Of a stretch of 64,000 nucleotides of DNA, positions 9,814 through 18,765 are shown in pieces. Positions within the stretch are counted from its first letter, which is position 1. Every line of letters begins with the position of its first letter. The DNA comes from Planctomycetota bacterium. GTDB lineage: Bacteria > Planctomycetota > E44-bin39. The notes under the pieces are model-generated. The model was not told the DNA's origin and searched no databases. It saw only the letters and a program-made list of their open reading frames with translations. A program made the position numbers and the translations under genes. The stretch lies in NCBI GenBank assembly GCA_004376375.1, contig SOJX01000015.1, positions 2,324 to 66,323 on the forward strand. Reading direction: 5' to 3'.

Positions 9814-11298
9814 ATGAATAGTCGATTGCCACAAATTTTTATTACCGGTCTGCTGATTTGTCTCACGGCTTTATTGCCCGAAGCGTTTGCCGGTGAGAAA
9901 CCGGGCGAAGGCGATGAAGCCAGGGACAAACCCGTCGTCATCAAGCCGTGCAAGATTTTCGTTCTGCCTTATTCCGGCGAACTCAAGAGCGAGGCCGCAA
10001 CCGCCGTTATTGAATTCCTGGGCAAGCGCTCTTTCAAAATCCTCGACGCTGAAGGATTGAAAGAGATTCTTGAAGATGACGATTATGCTCTTTCCGATCT
10101 TCTCGATCGGAGCGAAGGCGCGTGCGAAATCGCCATGAAGGCGGGTGCGGTTTACGTTATCGCAGTCGAAGAGGTGCGCCACGACGACGGCAAGAAGGTT
10201 ATGGCGATACGGATTACCCTTAAGGACGGTGCAACAAGTGGAATCGTGGAAGCGATAGCGGCAGATGGTAAGGATACTAAGGAAGAGGAGAAGAATTGTA
10301 TTCGCGCCGTACATGAAATCTGCTACAAGCTGAATATGATTTCAGACCCGGCTGAAGCACTCAAGCTCCCTCCTAAAGGGCCGGACATGACGAAGATTTC
10401 CAAGTTAAAAAAGAAACGCATAGAAGACAGCGACTTCGAGCCGGCCGGGAGCGGCGTCGATCTCGTCAAGAACGGCGGGTTCGAGAAGCTGAACAAGAAG
10501 GGCCACCCGGTGGGGTGGGAGGAACTCGACGGCCTGACCCAGTTCATCGTCGACCGCCCGGACGGCGGGGGCAAGTGCCTGATGTACGATACCGACGTCG
10601 ACCAGAAGTTCGTCGAGGCCTGGCGTAGAAGAAAGAAAGCCAACCCCAATGCGAAGCCGCCGACGGGCGACCAGATAAAACGCCACCCGGCCGACAAGCC
10701 GGGCTACAACACTATCGGCGGGCTGGAAGGCGTGCTGAACCTCTGCGACCCGATCCCGGTGGAAAAGGGCGCGTGCTATCGCTTCACCGTCGACGTGATG
10801 AGTGACGAAACCAAGGCAATGCTTTTTATCAAGGGATACGGATACCTGAAAGGGAAGAATGCCGAAAAGCGGCCCCGTCAGATGTACCTTGGCCAGAAGC
10901 ACGGCGACGAGCACGTGAAAAAGGAAAAAGCCGCGATGTGGAACACGTATTCCCACGTCTTTTTCCCCACCTGGCGGACGCCGGACGTCGAGTATATTCG
11001 CATAGAGCTTTACGGCTACTGGAAACCGGGAAAGGTTTATTTCGATAACGTGCGATTCGAGAAGGTGGAACCGCTCTCGCCCGAGCTTCACCCGGAGAAA
11101 CGCGGCGACGAAGTCTCCAAGTCGTACAAAAAGAAAAAAGAAGGCGAAGAAAAAGAGGAAAAGGAAGAAGAAAAGGAAAAGGAAAAGGAAAAGGAAAAGG
11201 AAAAGGAAAAGGAAAAGGAAGAGGATCAAGTGCCTCCGCTTGATAAAACTGATGACGATAAGGCCCCGAAAAAGGACGAACCCGAAAAGGGCAAATAG
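9814..11298 (+). CDS. Secreted protein with CBM4_9-like C-terminal half and a (KE)n tail
   Basis: Signal peptide. VDLVKNGGFEKL..GWEELDG resembles the opening of a CBM4_9 module. The tail is KEKEKEKEKEKEKEKE. Confidence 0.7.
   Translation: MNSRLPQIFITGLLICLTALLPEAFAGEKPGEGDEARDKPVVIKPCKIFVLPYSGELKSEAATAVIEFLGKRSFKILDAEGLKEILEDDDYALSDLLDRSEGACEIAMKAGAVYVIAVEEVRHDDGKKVMAIRITLKDGATSGIVEAIAADGKDTKEEEKNCIRAVHEICYKLNMISDPAEALKLPPKGPDMTKISKLKKKRIEDSDFEPAGSGVDLVKNGGFEKLNKKGHPVGWEELDGLTQFIVDRPDGGGKCLMYDTDVDQKFVEAWRRRKKANPNAKPPTGDQIKRHPADKPGYNTIGGLEGVLNLCDPIPVEKGACYRFTVDVMSDETKAMLFIKGYGYLKGKNAEKRPRQMYLGQKHGDEHVKKEKAAMWNTYSHVFFPTWRTPDVEYIRIELYGYWKPGKVYFDNVRFEKVEPLSPELHPEKRGDEVSKSYKKKKEGEEKEEKEEEKEKEKEKEKEKEKEKEEDQVPPLDKTDDDKAPKKDEPEKGK
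11169..11222 (+). repeat. Coding hexanucleotide microsatellite (GGAAAA)~8
   Basis: Read directly. Encodes the (KE)n tail of gene 9814-11298. The unit is a multiple of 3, so slippage stays in frame. Confidence 0.9.
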
Positions 11299-11299
11299 C

Positions 11300-13453
11300 A
11301 TGCGCCGCCTCTGGCTGCTCATTTTACCTATCGTGATTCTGTTTGACTGCGGTACCGCCGACGCGGCCGACAGCTGGTGGAACAAGTCGTGGAAGCGCCG
11401 CCTCGTCCTGGAGATACAGCGTTATTCGCAGACCTGGAACAAGTCGCCGTATGTATGGGTGAAGTTCCATCCCGGAACCTCGATTATCTCCGGCGGAAAG
11501 GATATTCGTGTTTTTCACGAATCGGGAACGGAGCTTCCCGTATTCGTAGTTTTTGCAGAGCCCGGACGGGAATGCGAGGTCGTGTTTCGCGCGAATTCGC
11601 GCAGTGGGAAATTCTATCTTTATTACGGCAATCGCAAAGCCGGAGAGCCCGCCAAAGTTATCAAGAAACTCGACCGCGGTCTTCTGCTTGAAACACGGCA
11701 GCGGCCGCCCGGTCGCTGCATGACGGTCGGCGAATGGCGCAGGCTGTGGAATGCCTCGAGTGTGAAGTACGGCCGGGGCGCCATCCGCGCCGTTGCCGGC
11801 CGGCACGGCGCGGTCTGGGACGGCTACAACCCCTTCGGCCCCAGCAGTCGATACATGTCGTATTATTGCGGCTACATCAGCGTTCCCCGTGACGGATCCT
11901 ACAGCTTCTCAACCGCTTCCGACGACGGCAGCTTTCTCCTTGTCGACGGCAAACTGGTTGTCGAGTGGCCGGGCAACCACGGTGCAGGCGCGGGCGTTTA
12001 CGGCGCTCACAAAGGAAACGTAAGGCTGCAAAAGGGCATGCACAAATTCGAGTACATGCACGAATCCGGGGGAGGGGGCCAGTGCTGCGTCGCGGGCTGG
12101 ACAAAGCCGGGCGATAAACGGGTTGCTCTCATCCCGATCTACGCTTTTCCCGGCTTCAAGGTCGCACGTGTTGTCGCAACGGAAAAGGTGGGGAGCACCG
12201 TTGCCGCCCGTCTTTCTTTTTCCCGCGAAACGCTCTGGAGGCTGCAATCCGGCAACATGGTCCTGGTCCGCTTCCGCCAGGAAGGCGTTACGGCGCAGGA
12301 TGGAACAAAGTTCCAGTGGTCTTTCGGCGACGGGACCACGAGCACGCTGGCGAGCCCGGACCACGTGTATCTGAACGACGGCGTTTACAACGTGAAACTG
12401 ACCGTTACAAAAGGCGGCAAAAGCGACACCGCCACCGCACGGGTCGATCTGACCGTGCTTTTCCTGGAGATGTTCACCCGCCGGACGAACGTGTACTATT
12501 ATATTCGCGTCGTTTCCGGCTACGATTATTCCAGGCTTTCAACCCGCGACCTGAAGCAGGCTGTCCAGCTTTACAGGTTCAAGGAACGAAAAGACCTTAT
12601 GGTGCCGGTGTACCGCGAGATGGTGCGCCGTAAAAACGACCTGAGCGAGCGCGAGTATTTTGATTCCGTCACCAAGCTCGGCGATCTTCTTCTACGCGAA
12701 GGCGAGAAGAAGGACGCGGGCGAAGCCCACTCTCTTTTCCAGGATCTTGTGGATCACCGTCCGCAGGTGCGGGATTTCTGGCGCACGTTCGCCCAGTACG
12801 GCGTCGCGGCCGTGGAGTTTACTCTCAAAGGCGACGGCAAAAGCGCGCTTCGACGCGTGGACGAGCTTCTGAAGGGAAAGGATAATCTCCCGAAGCACGT
12901 CACGCGCCGCGCGTTTGTCCTGAGGGGCGATATCCTGCGGGAAGAAGGGATCGCGAGCGAAGCGCGGGAAGCTTATCTCGAATCGAAAAAATATCTTTTC
13001 GACAGCCCGGAGCCGAAGGATATGGCGGCCAGGCGCGGCGCCTACGGCACCTCGGTCGAGAATTATATCCACCGCCGCGAGTTCGACGCCGCCTCAAAGG
13101 AGCTCGAAGAGTGGGAAATGTATTTTCCCGAAGACAAGCTTTCCGGTTACATGTCGGTTCTGAGGGCAAGGCTGTGGATGTACGATACCTCGAAATACAA
13201 GAGGATAATCCGGGAACTGAAAGCCGTCCTCACCTGTTCACCCGATTCCAATTATGCGGACGAGGCGATGTTGCTTATCGGGAAGACATATATCAAGCAG
13301 CGTAATTACAAAGCTGCCAAGGCCGCGTTTGAATTGTTCAAAGTGAAGTATCCCGAAAGCCCGCTCATGTCGGAAGCTGAGCGCCTAGCCAAAAATGCCG
13401 ACCGCGCCGCTACGAAAGACAAACCCGTTCGCCGCCGGCGGCGGAAAAAATAG
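11300..13453 (+). CDS. Secreted PA14 + PKD + TPR-like protein
   Basis: ATG 11300 comes right after the upstream TAG. Signal peptide MRRLWLLILPIVILFDCGTADA. PA14-like GYISVPRDGSYSFSTASDDGSFLLVDGKLVV, PKD-like FSFGDGTTSTLASPDHVYLNDGVYNVKLTV, and a helical TPR-like C-terminus. Confidence 0.8.
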   Translation: MRRLWLLILPIVILFDCGTADAADSWWNKSWKRRLVLEIQRYSQTWNKSPYVWVKFHPGTSIISGGKDIRVFHESGTELPVFVVFAEPGRECEVVFRANSRSGKFYLYYGNRKAGEPAKVIKKLDRGLLLETRQRPPGRCMTVGEWRRLWNASSVKYGRGAIRAVAGRHGAVWDGYNPFGPSSRYMSYYCGYISVPRDGSYSFSTASDDGSFLLVDGKLVVEWPGNHGAGAGVYGAHKGNVRLQKGMHKFEYMHESGGGGQCCVAGWTKPGDKRVALIPIYAFPGFKVARVVATEKVGSTVAARLSFSRETLWRLQSGNMVLVRFRQEGVTAQDGTKFQWSFGDGTTSTLASPDHVYLNDGVYNVKLTVTKGGKSDTATARVDLTVLFLEMFTRRTNVYYYIRVVSGYDYSRLSTRDLKQAVQLYRFKERKDLMVPVYREMVRRKNDLSEREYFDSVTKLGDLLLREGEKKDAGEAHSLFQDLVDHRPQVRDFWRTFAQYGVAAVEFTLKGDGKSALRRVDELLKGKDNLPKHVTRRAFVLRGDILREEGIASEAREAYLESKKYLFDSPEPKDMAARRGAYGTSVENYIHRREFDAASKELEEWEMYFPEDKLSGYMSVLRARLWMYDTSKYKRIIRELKAVLTCSPDSNYADEAMLLIGKTYIKQRNYKAAKAAFELFKVKYPESPLMSEAERLAKNADRAATKDKPVRRRRRKK

Positions 13454-13523
13454 GGGACAAGGAAACAAGGAAATAAGGAAACAAGGAAAGAAAAAAGAGA
13501 GGAATAAAACAAATATATTTAGC

Positions 13524-13581
13524 GGCGCAGCTTGCTGCGCCTTTCTTATTTAGCCGCCGGTCCCTGACCGGCGAGTTTTTT
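13524..13581 (+). terminator. Two consecutive TTTAGC-anchored hairpins; the second is followed by a T-run
   Basis: GGCGCAG-CTTG-CTGCGCC at 13524-13541. CGCCGG-tccctga-CCGGCG at 13555-13573, then AGTTTTTT. Confidence 0.6.
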
Positions 13582-13691
13582 AATTTTCGTTTACGATTTT
13601 CGATTGGCGATTGTTGTCCTTCCGAGGTAAAGTCTTTGAAAAATAATAGACTTTGCTGTGGCAATCTCATATCCTGCAACGTGGTAATATT

Positions 13692-14348
13692 ATGATCAGA
13701 TACATCAGAGAGAAAATAACCTTCCCCGCAGCCGACGGCAAGGCTGCGCTTAACGGCGAACTTATGCTGCATCCGGAAAAGGAGCCGGACGGCTGCGCGA
13801 TAGTCTGCCACCCACATCCGGGTTTCGGCGGTTCAATGCACAACTATGTCGTCGCGGAGCTGGGACGGTTGCTGTGCGACGCCGGTTTTGTGTCGCTCAG
13901 GTTTGATTTCAGAAGCGTCGGCATGGCGTCGGAGGAATGCGGCAGTGCCGGAGAGGTGGAAGACATCAGGGGCGCGGTAGAGTTTGCAAAGTCAAAGGGA
14001 TACGAGAAATTTATTCTGGTCGGCTACAGTTTCGGCTCGCACATGGCGTTTCGGGCGTGCGCAGGCGGTCTGGTTCCCGACCGCCTGATTCTTGTCGCGC
14101 TTCCTTCCGAGCCCCCGTTTGTCAACCCGGAAGAATTCGCCGCGGTGTACCTGACGATGCCGACCCTCATGGTATCAGGCGATAATGATGAGTACTCCAA
14201 TATGGAAACCCTTAAAAAACGCTTTGGCTCTGCGCCGAATATTTCCTGCAAAACGGTCCCGGACTGCGACCATTTCTTCAGTTCGCAAGAATCTTTCGGT
14301 GAAATGATTGCTTGTGTAAAAGTTTTTCTGAGTGGCTCTGGCCAATAA
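13692..14348 (+). CDS. Alpha/beta hydrolase (COG2945-type)
   Basis: HPHPGFGGSMHN..LRFDFRSVG and nucleophile elbow GYSFGS. Start moved to ATG 13692 (MIRYIREK). Confidence 0.75.
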   Translation: MIRYIREKITFPAADGKAALNGELMLHPEKEPDGCAIVCHPHPGFGGSMHNYVVAELGRLLCDAGFVSLRFDFRSVGMASEECGSAGEVEDIRGAVEFAKSKGYEKFILVGYSFGSHMAFRACAGGLVPDRLILVALPSEPPFVNPEEFAAVYLTMPTLMVSGDNDEYSNMETLKKRFGSAPNISCKTVPDCDHFFSSQESFGEMIACVKVFLSGSGQ

Positions 14349-14389
14349 TCCCAATCCGAAGTCCGCAATTGTAAGTCGACAGAAATCGT

Positions 14390-14417
14390 TTGACACGGCC
14401 CCTCTGCGGGTTATAAT
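14390..14417 (+). promoter_or_regulatory. Sigma70-like promoter: TTGACA, 16 nt, TATAAT
   Basis: TTGACA at 14390-14395 and TATAAT at 14412-14417, about 60 nt upstream of the GTG start at 14480. Confidence 0.55.
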
Positions 14418-14479
14418 GGCAATCCGCAGGGGATGTTATCTTTAATAGCCGAAGTCCCTTTAAGAGCGGGGAGAATACC

Positions 14480-14941
14480 GTGAAAAGCCTCGTAATACCT
14501 GCACTGGTTATTCTTATATGCATATTTGCCGTGGTTATCGTAATAGTGATAAAGGAAACCACGTACCACGATAAACCGGTTGTTTTCTCGCCGGAGGGCG
14601 TTCCCCATTGCCCGTATTGTTACATTATCGTAAAGCCCTTCACGGATTACTGTTATTTCTGCCAGAAGAACTTTTCATGGACGGACGGCATGTCGGTATG
14701 CTGGGACTGTGAAGGTGCCGGCGCGCGCCCTGAGCAGGAAAGGAAGCATCCCGGTCGCAAGAAGAAGTGGCCGGGTGAAATTGAACCCATATCCGTCGAA
14801 GGATTCTGCCTGACATGCCAAGGTGAAGGTTTTATCTGGCACGTCAGTTCGCCTGTAAAAAACTGGGACACGCGTTTCGGGCTTTCCATTACCGAGCCGG
14901 CAGCGCCCGCCAAGAAGAAGAAACCGGCAAGGAAAAAGTAA
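14480..14941 (+). CDS. Small membrane-anchored Cys-rich protein with DnaJ-type CxxCxGxG zinc-finger motifs
   Basis: GTG start after GGGGAG. N-terminal TM. CPYC..CYFC plus CWDCEGAG and CLTCQGEG. Lys-rich tail. Confidence 0.6.
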   Translation: MKSLVIPALVILICIFAVVIVIVIKETTYHDKPVVFSPEGVPHCPYCYIIVKPFTDYCYFCQKNFSWTDGMSVCWDCEGAGARPEQERKHPGRKKKWPGEIEPISVEGFCLTCQGEGFIWHVSSPVKNWDTRFGLSITEPAAPAKKKKPARKK

Positions 14942-14994
14942 TAATCCTCCGGCCGTATCTTTCACCCGGAAGCGTACACCCGGTAGTCTGTCTA

Positions 14995-16164
14995 ATGAAA
15001 ACATCTATCTCTTTCATTTGTGCCCGCGACAACACGGTAAACCACCTTATATATTTTCTCCTGTTTTTATTGCTCTTGCCGTGTATTCCCGCCTGCGCTT
15101 CAAACCCGAGTTCGGATGAAGGTGAATCGGCGCCCGTTTGCGAAAGAGTCAAGCTAAAGAAGATCATACCTGCAAATCTGCCTACGGTTGTTGCGTCAAC
15201 ACAGTTCAAACTTGAAACTGACATAAGCACTACCAATCCCGATCCCGAGAATAAACTGGCCAAAGATGTTCTCGCCTGCCTTGATACTTATTTTCGGACC
15301 CTTTACGGTGGAGGGTTCGGGCTTTCGTCAGACAAGATGAAACGCAAATCCTCATACTTTCAAGCTGTTATAAAGAGGAATAAAAAAACTGTTGGAGCGG
15401 TGAACCTGACAGAAAAGCAGGATTTTGAGACCTATCGGCCGCATCCCGTTACTCCGATCCACGTGGCTCTTTTTACATCTGAAAAGGATTACCGGGCCTA
15501 CGCTGAGAAGGCCGGGCTGCAGGAGTATTATCCTGATGCCGCGCTTGATCCATCGGGACGGCTTATAGCAACGTATCTACACGGGAGCGAAGAGGAGACG
15601 TTTAACGCTCTTTTCAGGCTGATTTGCCATGCCTTTATTAAACAGCTTTCGTTCGAATTCCCTCAATGGCTTGAGTTCGGCATGGTGACGTATCTGACGA
15701 AGCTTGATCGGCGTCGCGGAATATATTTGATCAAGGGAAAAGACCTGTCTCGTCTTAGAAAAGTGAGGAATATACTGAAAGAAAAAGAGAAATTCAGCCT
15801 GATCAAACTTCTTACCGAACGCGGAGCCAAGCAGACGTACAGCAAAGAAAAGCGGCTCATGGCGTATGGTTATGTGTATTGGATGTTTCAGCATAAATCA
15901 AGACGGGATGCCCTCTACATGTATATCCACAGTTTACGTTTCAACGAGGATAAACACAAGGCACTTGCCGAGTGGGCAGGTATGCCCGAAGAAAAACGCA
16001 AGAAAATCAAGCGACCCGCTCCGGAGCCGGAATTGAGAATACAACACAGATTTTTCAAATGGCTGAACGACCTGCAGGCAATGGAAAGTTATTGGAAACG
16101 CTGGATCCTGGACGGGAAGTTTGAAGATACGATTGAGCCGGACCCTCAATCTCCCCCCAAGTAA
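14995..16164 (+). CDS. Hypothetical lipoprotein
   Basis: Signal peptide with lipobox-like LLLPCIPAC. No confident family. Confidence 0.65.
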   Translation: MKTSISFICARDNTVNHLIYFLLFLLLLPCIPACASNPSSDEGESAPVCERVKLKKIIPANLPTVVASTQFKLETDISTTNPDPENKLAKDVLACLDTYFRTLYGGGFGLSSDKMKRKSSYFQAVIKRNKKTVGAVNLTEKQDFETYRPHPVTPIHVALFTSEKDYRAYAEKAGLQEYYPDAALDPSGRLIATYLHGSEEETFNALFRLICHAFIKQLSFEFPQWLEFGMVTYLTKLDRRRGIYLIKGKDLSRLRKVRNILKEKEKFSLIKLLTERGAKQTYSKEKRLMAYGYVYWMFQHKSRRDALYMYIHSLRFNEDKHKALAEWAGMPEEKRKKIKRPAPEPELRIQHRFFKWLNDLQAMESYWKRWILDGKFEDTIEPDPQSPPK

Positions 16165-16258
16165 GATGCATTGCAATGTTATGCCGTATCATGTAACTGA
16201 CTGATAGCTCAGTCATTGTGACGGGCTGCACGAGCTGGGAAAATACGGATTTTTGGCC

Positions 16259-16287
16259 TTGACGCTGTATGTACCCCATGATAGAAT
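16259..16287 (+). promoter_or_regulatory. Sigma70-like promoter: TTGACG, 17 nt, (TGa)TAGAAT
   Basis: TTGACG at 16259-16264, an extended -10 TG at 16279-16280, TAGAAT at 16282-16287. Confidence 0.5.
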
Positions 16288-16344
16288 CCTTTGAATTATT
16301 TGGGTAGGAAATTGTGTAAGATTACAGTCTTGGAAGGGGAGTCT

Positions 16345-17598
16345 ATGCCCGACAAACCCCCGCATGATGATGAAGCTGATTTCCTGGATTTCCTCAGCGA
16401 GGATGATTCCGAGGAAGGTGGCGAAAAGCCTGAGAAGCCTCCCAAAGGGGAGGAGGGCGATCTTGTAGTTCTTCAGCACGGCGCTGAACCCGGGGAAAGC
16501 AGCGACCAGTTCCGTGAAGGAGAATCGCCCGAGGCTGAAGAAGCGCCCGGCGAAGATTTTCTCGAGAAGCCGCCGGAACCGCAGGAAGCGCCTTCCGAAG
16601 AAGATTCCGGCGAAGAAGAAGGGGACGAGTTGCTGGGCTGGCTTGACAGCGCCGCGAAAGATTCACTTGAAGAGGAGCCTGCCCAGGAAGACATGCCTAC
16701 CCAGGATATGGAATCGGCGGAAGAGTTGCTGAAGGATGAAACGAAAGATATTGCCGCTGTCGATGAGAAGGTCCAACCCGAGGAAGTACATGAGGAGGTT
16801 GTCGAAGCCGTTGTTGAGGCCGAAGTTGAGGCCGAGGCTGACCTGATTTTTGGCGAAGAATCCAAGGCGATTCCTTCAGAGGAACCGGCTGCTGTAGCTG
16901 AGGAAAAGGAGTCCAAGGTCGCCAAGCAGGACTACGACGAGTTTCGCGAAATGGCGACCCAGGATAAACAACCGGAAGCTGAGGAAGCGGTTGAAGAAGA
17001 AGCAGTCGCCGAGTTCGACGCCTTCATTTCTGAAGATGAGGCCGCGCCGGAAGCTGCAGCCGTCCCCGCAGACAGGCCGGCAAGGCGGGCGGCGGGAGCA
17101 TCCCTGTTCGCTCTCGAAGACGGCACACCGGTTCCAACTTTGCCTGCATCGCTTGGCGGATACAGACCGCCGACCGAGCCCGAGTTCGGCGGCCATGCCC
17201 TGAACTATCCGGAGATACGCACACCTGCTCCCGTCGGGCTGATTATTCTTCTGCTTATCCTGGCGGGCGCCGTGGGCGCGGGTTATGTCTATCGTGATAG
17301 AGTAAAGAAATTCGCGATAGACACCTATAACACGTATATTGCCAGCACCGGGCCCGAAGAGAAACCGACCCCCGGCACGGGAACAGGAACGGGAACAGGA
17401 ACCGGAACCGGAACCGGAACTGGAACTGGAACGGGAACTGGAACGGGTACGGCCGAGCCCGATACTTCGCCCATCACGTTTGAAGTAATGCTGAACATGC
17501 GTAAGTACGAGTTTATGCGGGAATACAAGGGAATAGTGGAGGATTTTATCAGCGAGATCAAGGTCATCCAGAATCGAGGCACTGGCGGGAAACGCTGA
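16345..17598 (+). CDS. Acidic disordered membrane protein with a (Gly-Thr)13 repeat
   Basis: ATG 16345 after GGAAGGGGAG. E/P-rich N-terminal region of about 280 aa, one TM (VGLIILLLILAGAVGAGYVY), and (GT)13 encoded at 17374-17451. Confidence 0.7.
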   Translation: MPDKPPHDDEADFLDFLSEDDSEEGGEKPEKPPKGEEGDLVVLQHGAEPGESSDQFREGESPEAEEAPGEDFLEKPPEPQEAPSEEDSGEEEGDELLGWLDSAAKDSLEEEPAQEDMPTQDMESAEELLKDETKDIAAVDEKVQPEEVHEEVVEAVVEAEVEAEADLIFGEESKAIPSEEPAAVAEEKESKVAKQDYDEFREMATQDKQPEAEEAVEEEAVAEFDAFISEDEAAPEAAAVPADRPARRAAGASLFALEDGTPVPTLPASLGGYRPPTEPEFGGHALNYPEIRTPAPVGLIILLLILAGAVGAGYVYRDRVKKFAIDTYNTYIASTGPEEKPTPGTGTGTGTGTGTGTGTGTGTGTGTGTAEPDTSPITFEVMLNMRKYEFMREYKGIVEDFISEIKVIQNRGTGGKR

Positions 17599-17627
17599 TA
17601 GAGATAAAAGCAAGGAGCCACGTGGTT

Positions 17628-18713
17628 ATGAAACGTTTTCTACTGATATTTCTTGTAGTGCTTGTCGTCGGCGGTATCGGGATCCCGATTACCGCGGCCC
17701 CGTCACGTATGGGTTATGTCCGGCTCAAAAACGGTAACATAATCTACGGAGAAATCCTCAAGAATGATTCCGAAGAAGTAGAATTGCGCTACAAGTTCGG
17801 CAGGCTGAAGATAAACAAGGTGTTTGTTAAAAGCGTCGAGAAAGAAAGTGAAAGGAAGGGCGGCGGACCAATACATACAGTCGGAACTTATACAGGCCCC
17901 ACAATCAGCCCTTCTCCCGGCGGCAAGTTGCCGGCGAAACCAACCAACCCGACGCCGGCCGACGGCGCAACCGGTGTTGCGCTGGACAAGAAGCTTTCAT
18001 GGCGCGGCGTTTCAGGCGCGACCGGTTATATCGTTCGTTTTGCAGACATTGGCGTTTTGCTTGACGGCAGCGATGCAGCCAATCCCAGCCAGAGCGGCAC
18101 TGCTTTCGATCCGGGCAAGCTTAAAATAAATACTCATTATCACTGGCGGATTGACTGGATTGACTCGGATGGCGCTGTCACCTCCGGCCCGGTGTGGACT
18201 TTCACAACCGTGAAAAAGCCGCCAAAGGTGGTCAGGCCTGAAGAGGAACTGCTCGGCGAACCGAAGACTATTCTGGGGATGAGGTTTACCATAAGGGGGC
18301 CGCGGAACTGGGTCGAAGAGACGATGGATATTGGCAACAGCTCCGCAGGGGAGCCGCGCCAGATCCTTGTTTTCACCGGCTCAAGTGAGAAAGGCGATAC
18401 GAGGCGTATTATCGTCGGTAGAATGCGGAATGTCCCGAAGACCGGCGAGGAGCGGAAAGAGTTTATCCTGAATCTGTTGAGGGATTACGACCCTATTTAT
18501 TATATCTCGCATGGTGAAGGTGAATTCGAGGCGCCGACCTTCAGTGGAGAGACGTTATACATCAAAGGAAGCATTGATAAGAAAATGTTCCGCTGTAATT
18601 TCTACTTCGGCAAGGAGTATACTTATATCCTTTCTTTCTTTGCATCTTCCGATGAGTTCGAATCCCTCAGTAAGCTTTTCAACCTCGTCGCAAAGTCGTT
18701 CACAATCCATTAG
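17628..18713 (+). CDS. Secreted protein with an Fn3-like module
   Basis: ATG after AAGGAG. Signal peptide. PTNPTPADGATGV..LSWRGVSGATGY..YHWRIDW..GPVWTFTT, the same module type as in gene 39868-40554. Confidence 0.7.
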   Translation: MKRFLLIFLVVLVVGGIGIPITAAPSRMGYVRLKNGNIIYGEILKNDSEEVELRYKFGRLKINKVFVKSVEKESERKGGGPIHTVGTYTGPTISPSPGGKLPAKPTNPTPADGATGVALDKKLSWRGVSGATGYIVRFADIGVLLDGSDAANPSQSGTAFDPGKLKINTHYHWRIDWIDSDGAVTSGPVWTFTTVKKPPKVVRPEEELLGEPKTILGMRFTIRGPRNWVEETMDIGNSSAGEPRQILVFTGSSEKGDTRRIIVGRMRNVPKTGEERKEFILNLLRDYDPIYYISHGEGEFEAPTFSGETLYIKGSIDKKMFRCNFYFGKEYTYILSFFASSDEFESLSKLFNLVAKSFTIH

Positions 18714-18746
18714 CTTTGCAGTATCAGCTGGAAATCAATCATCCCG

Positions 18747-18765
18747 AACCGCCCTAAAGGCGGTT
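18747..18765. terminator. Hairpin AACCGCC-ctaaa-GGCGGTT with a T-run, between convergent genes
   Basis: Read directly. The T-run runs into the stop codon of the minus-strand GT39 gene. Confidence 0.6.
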
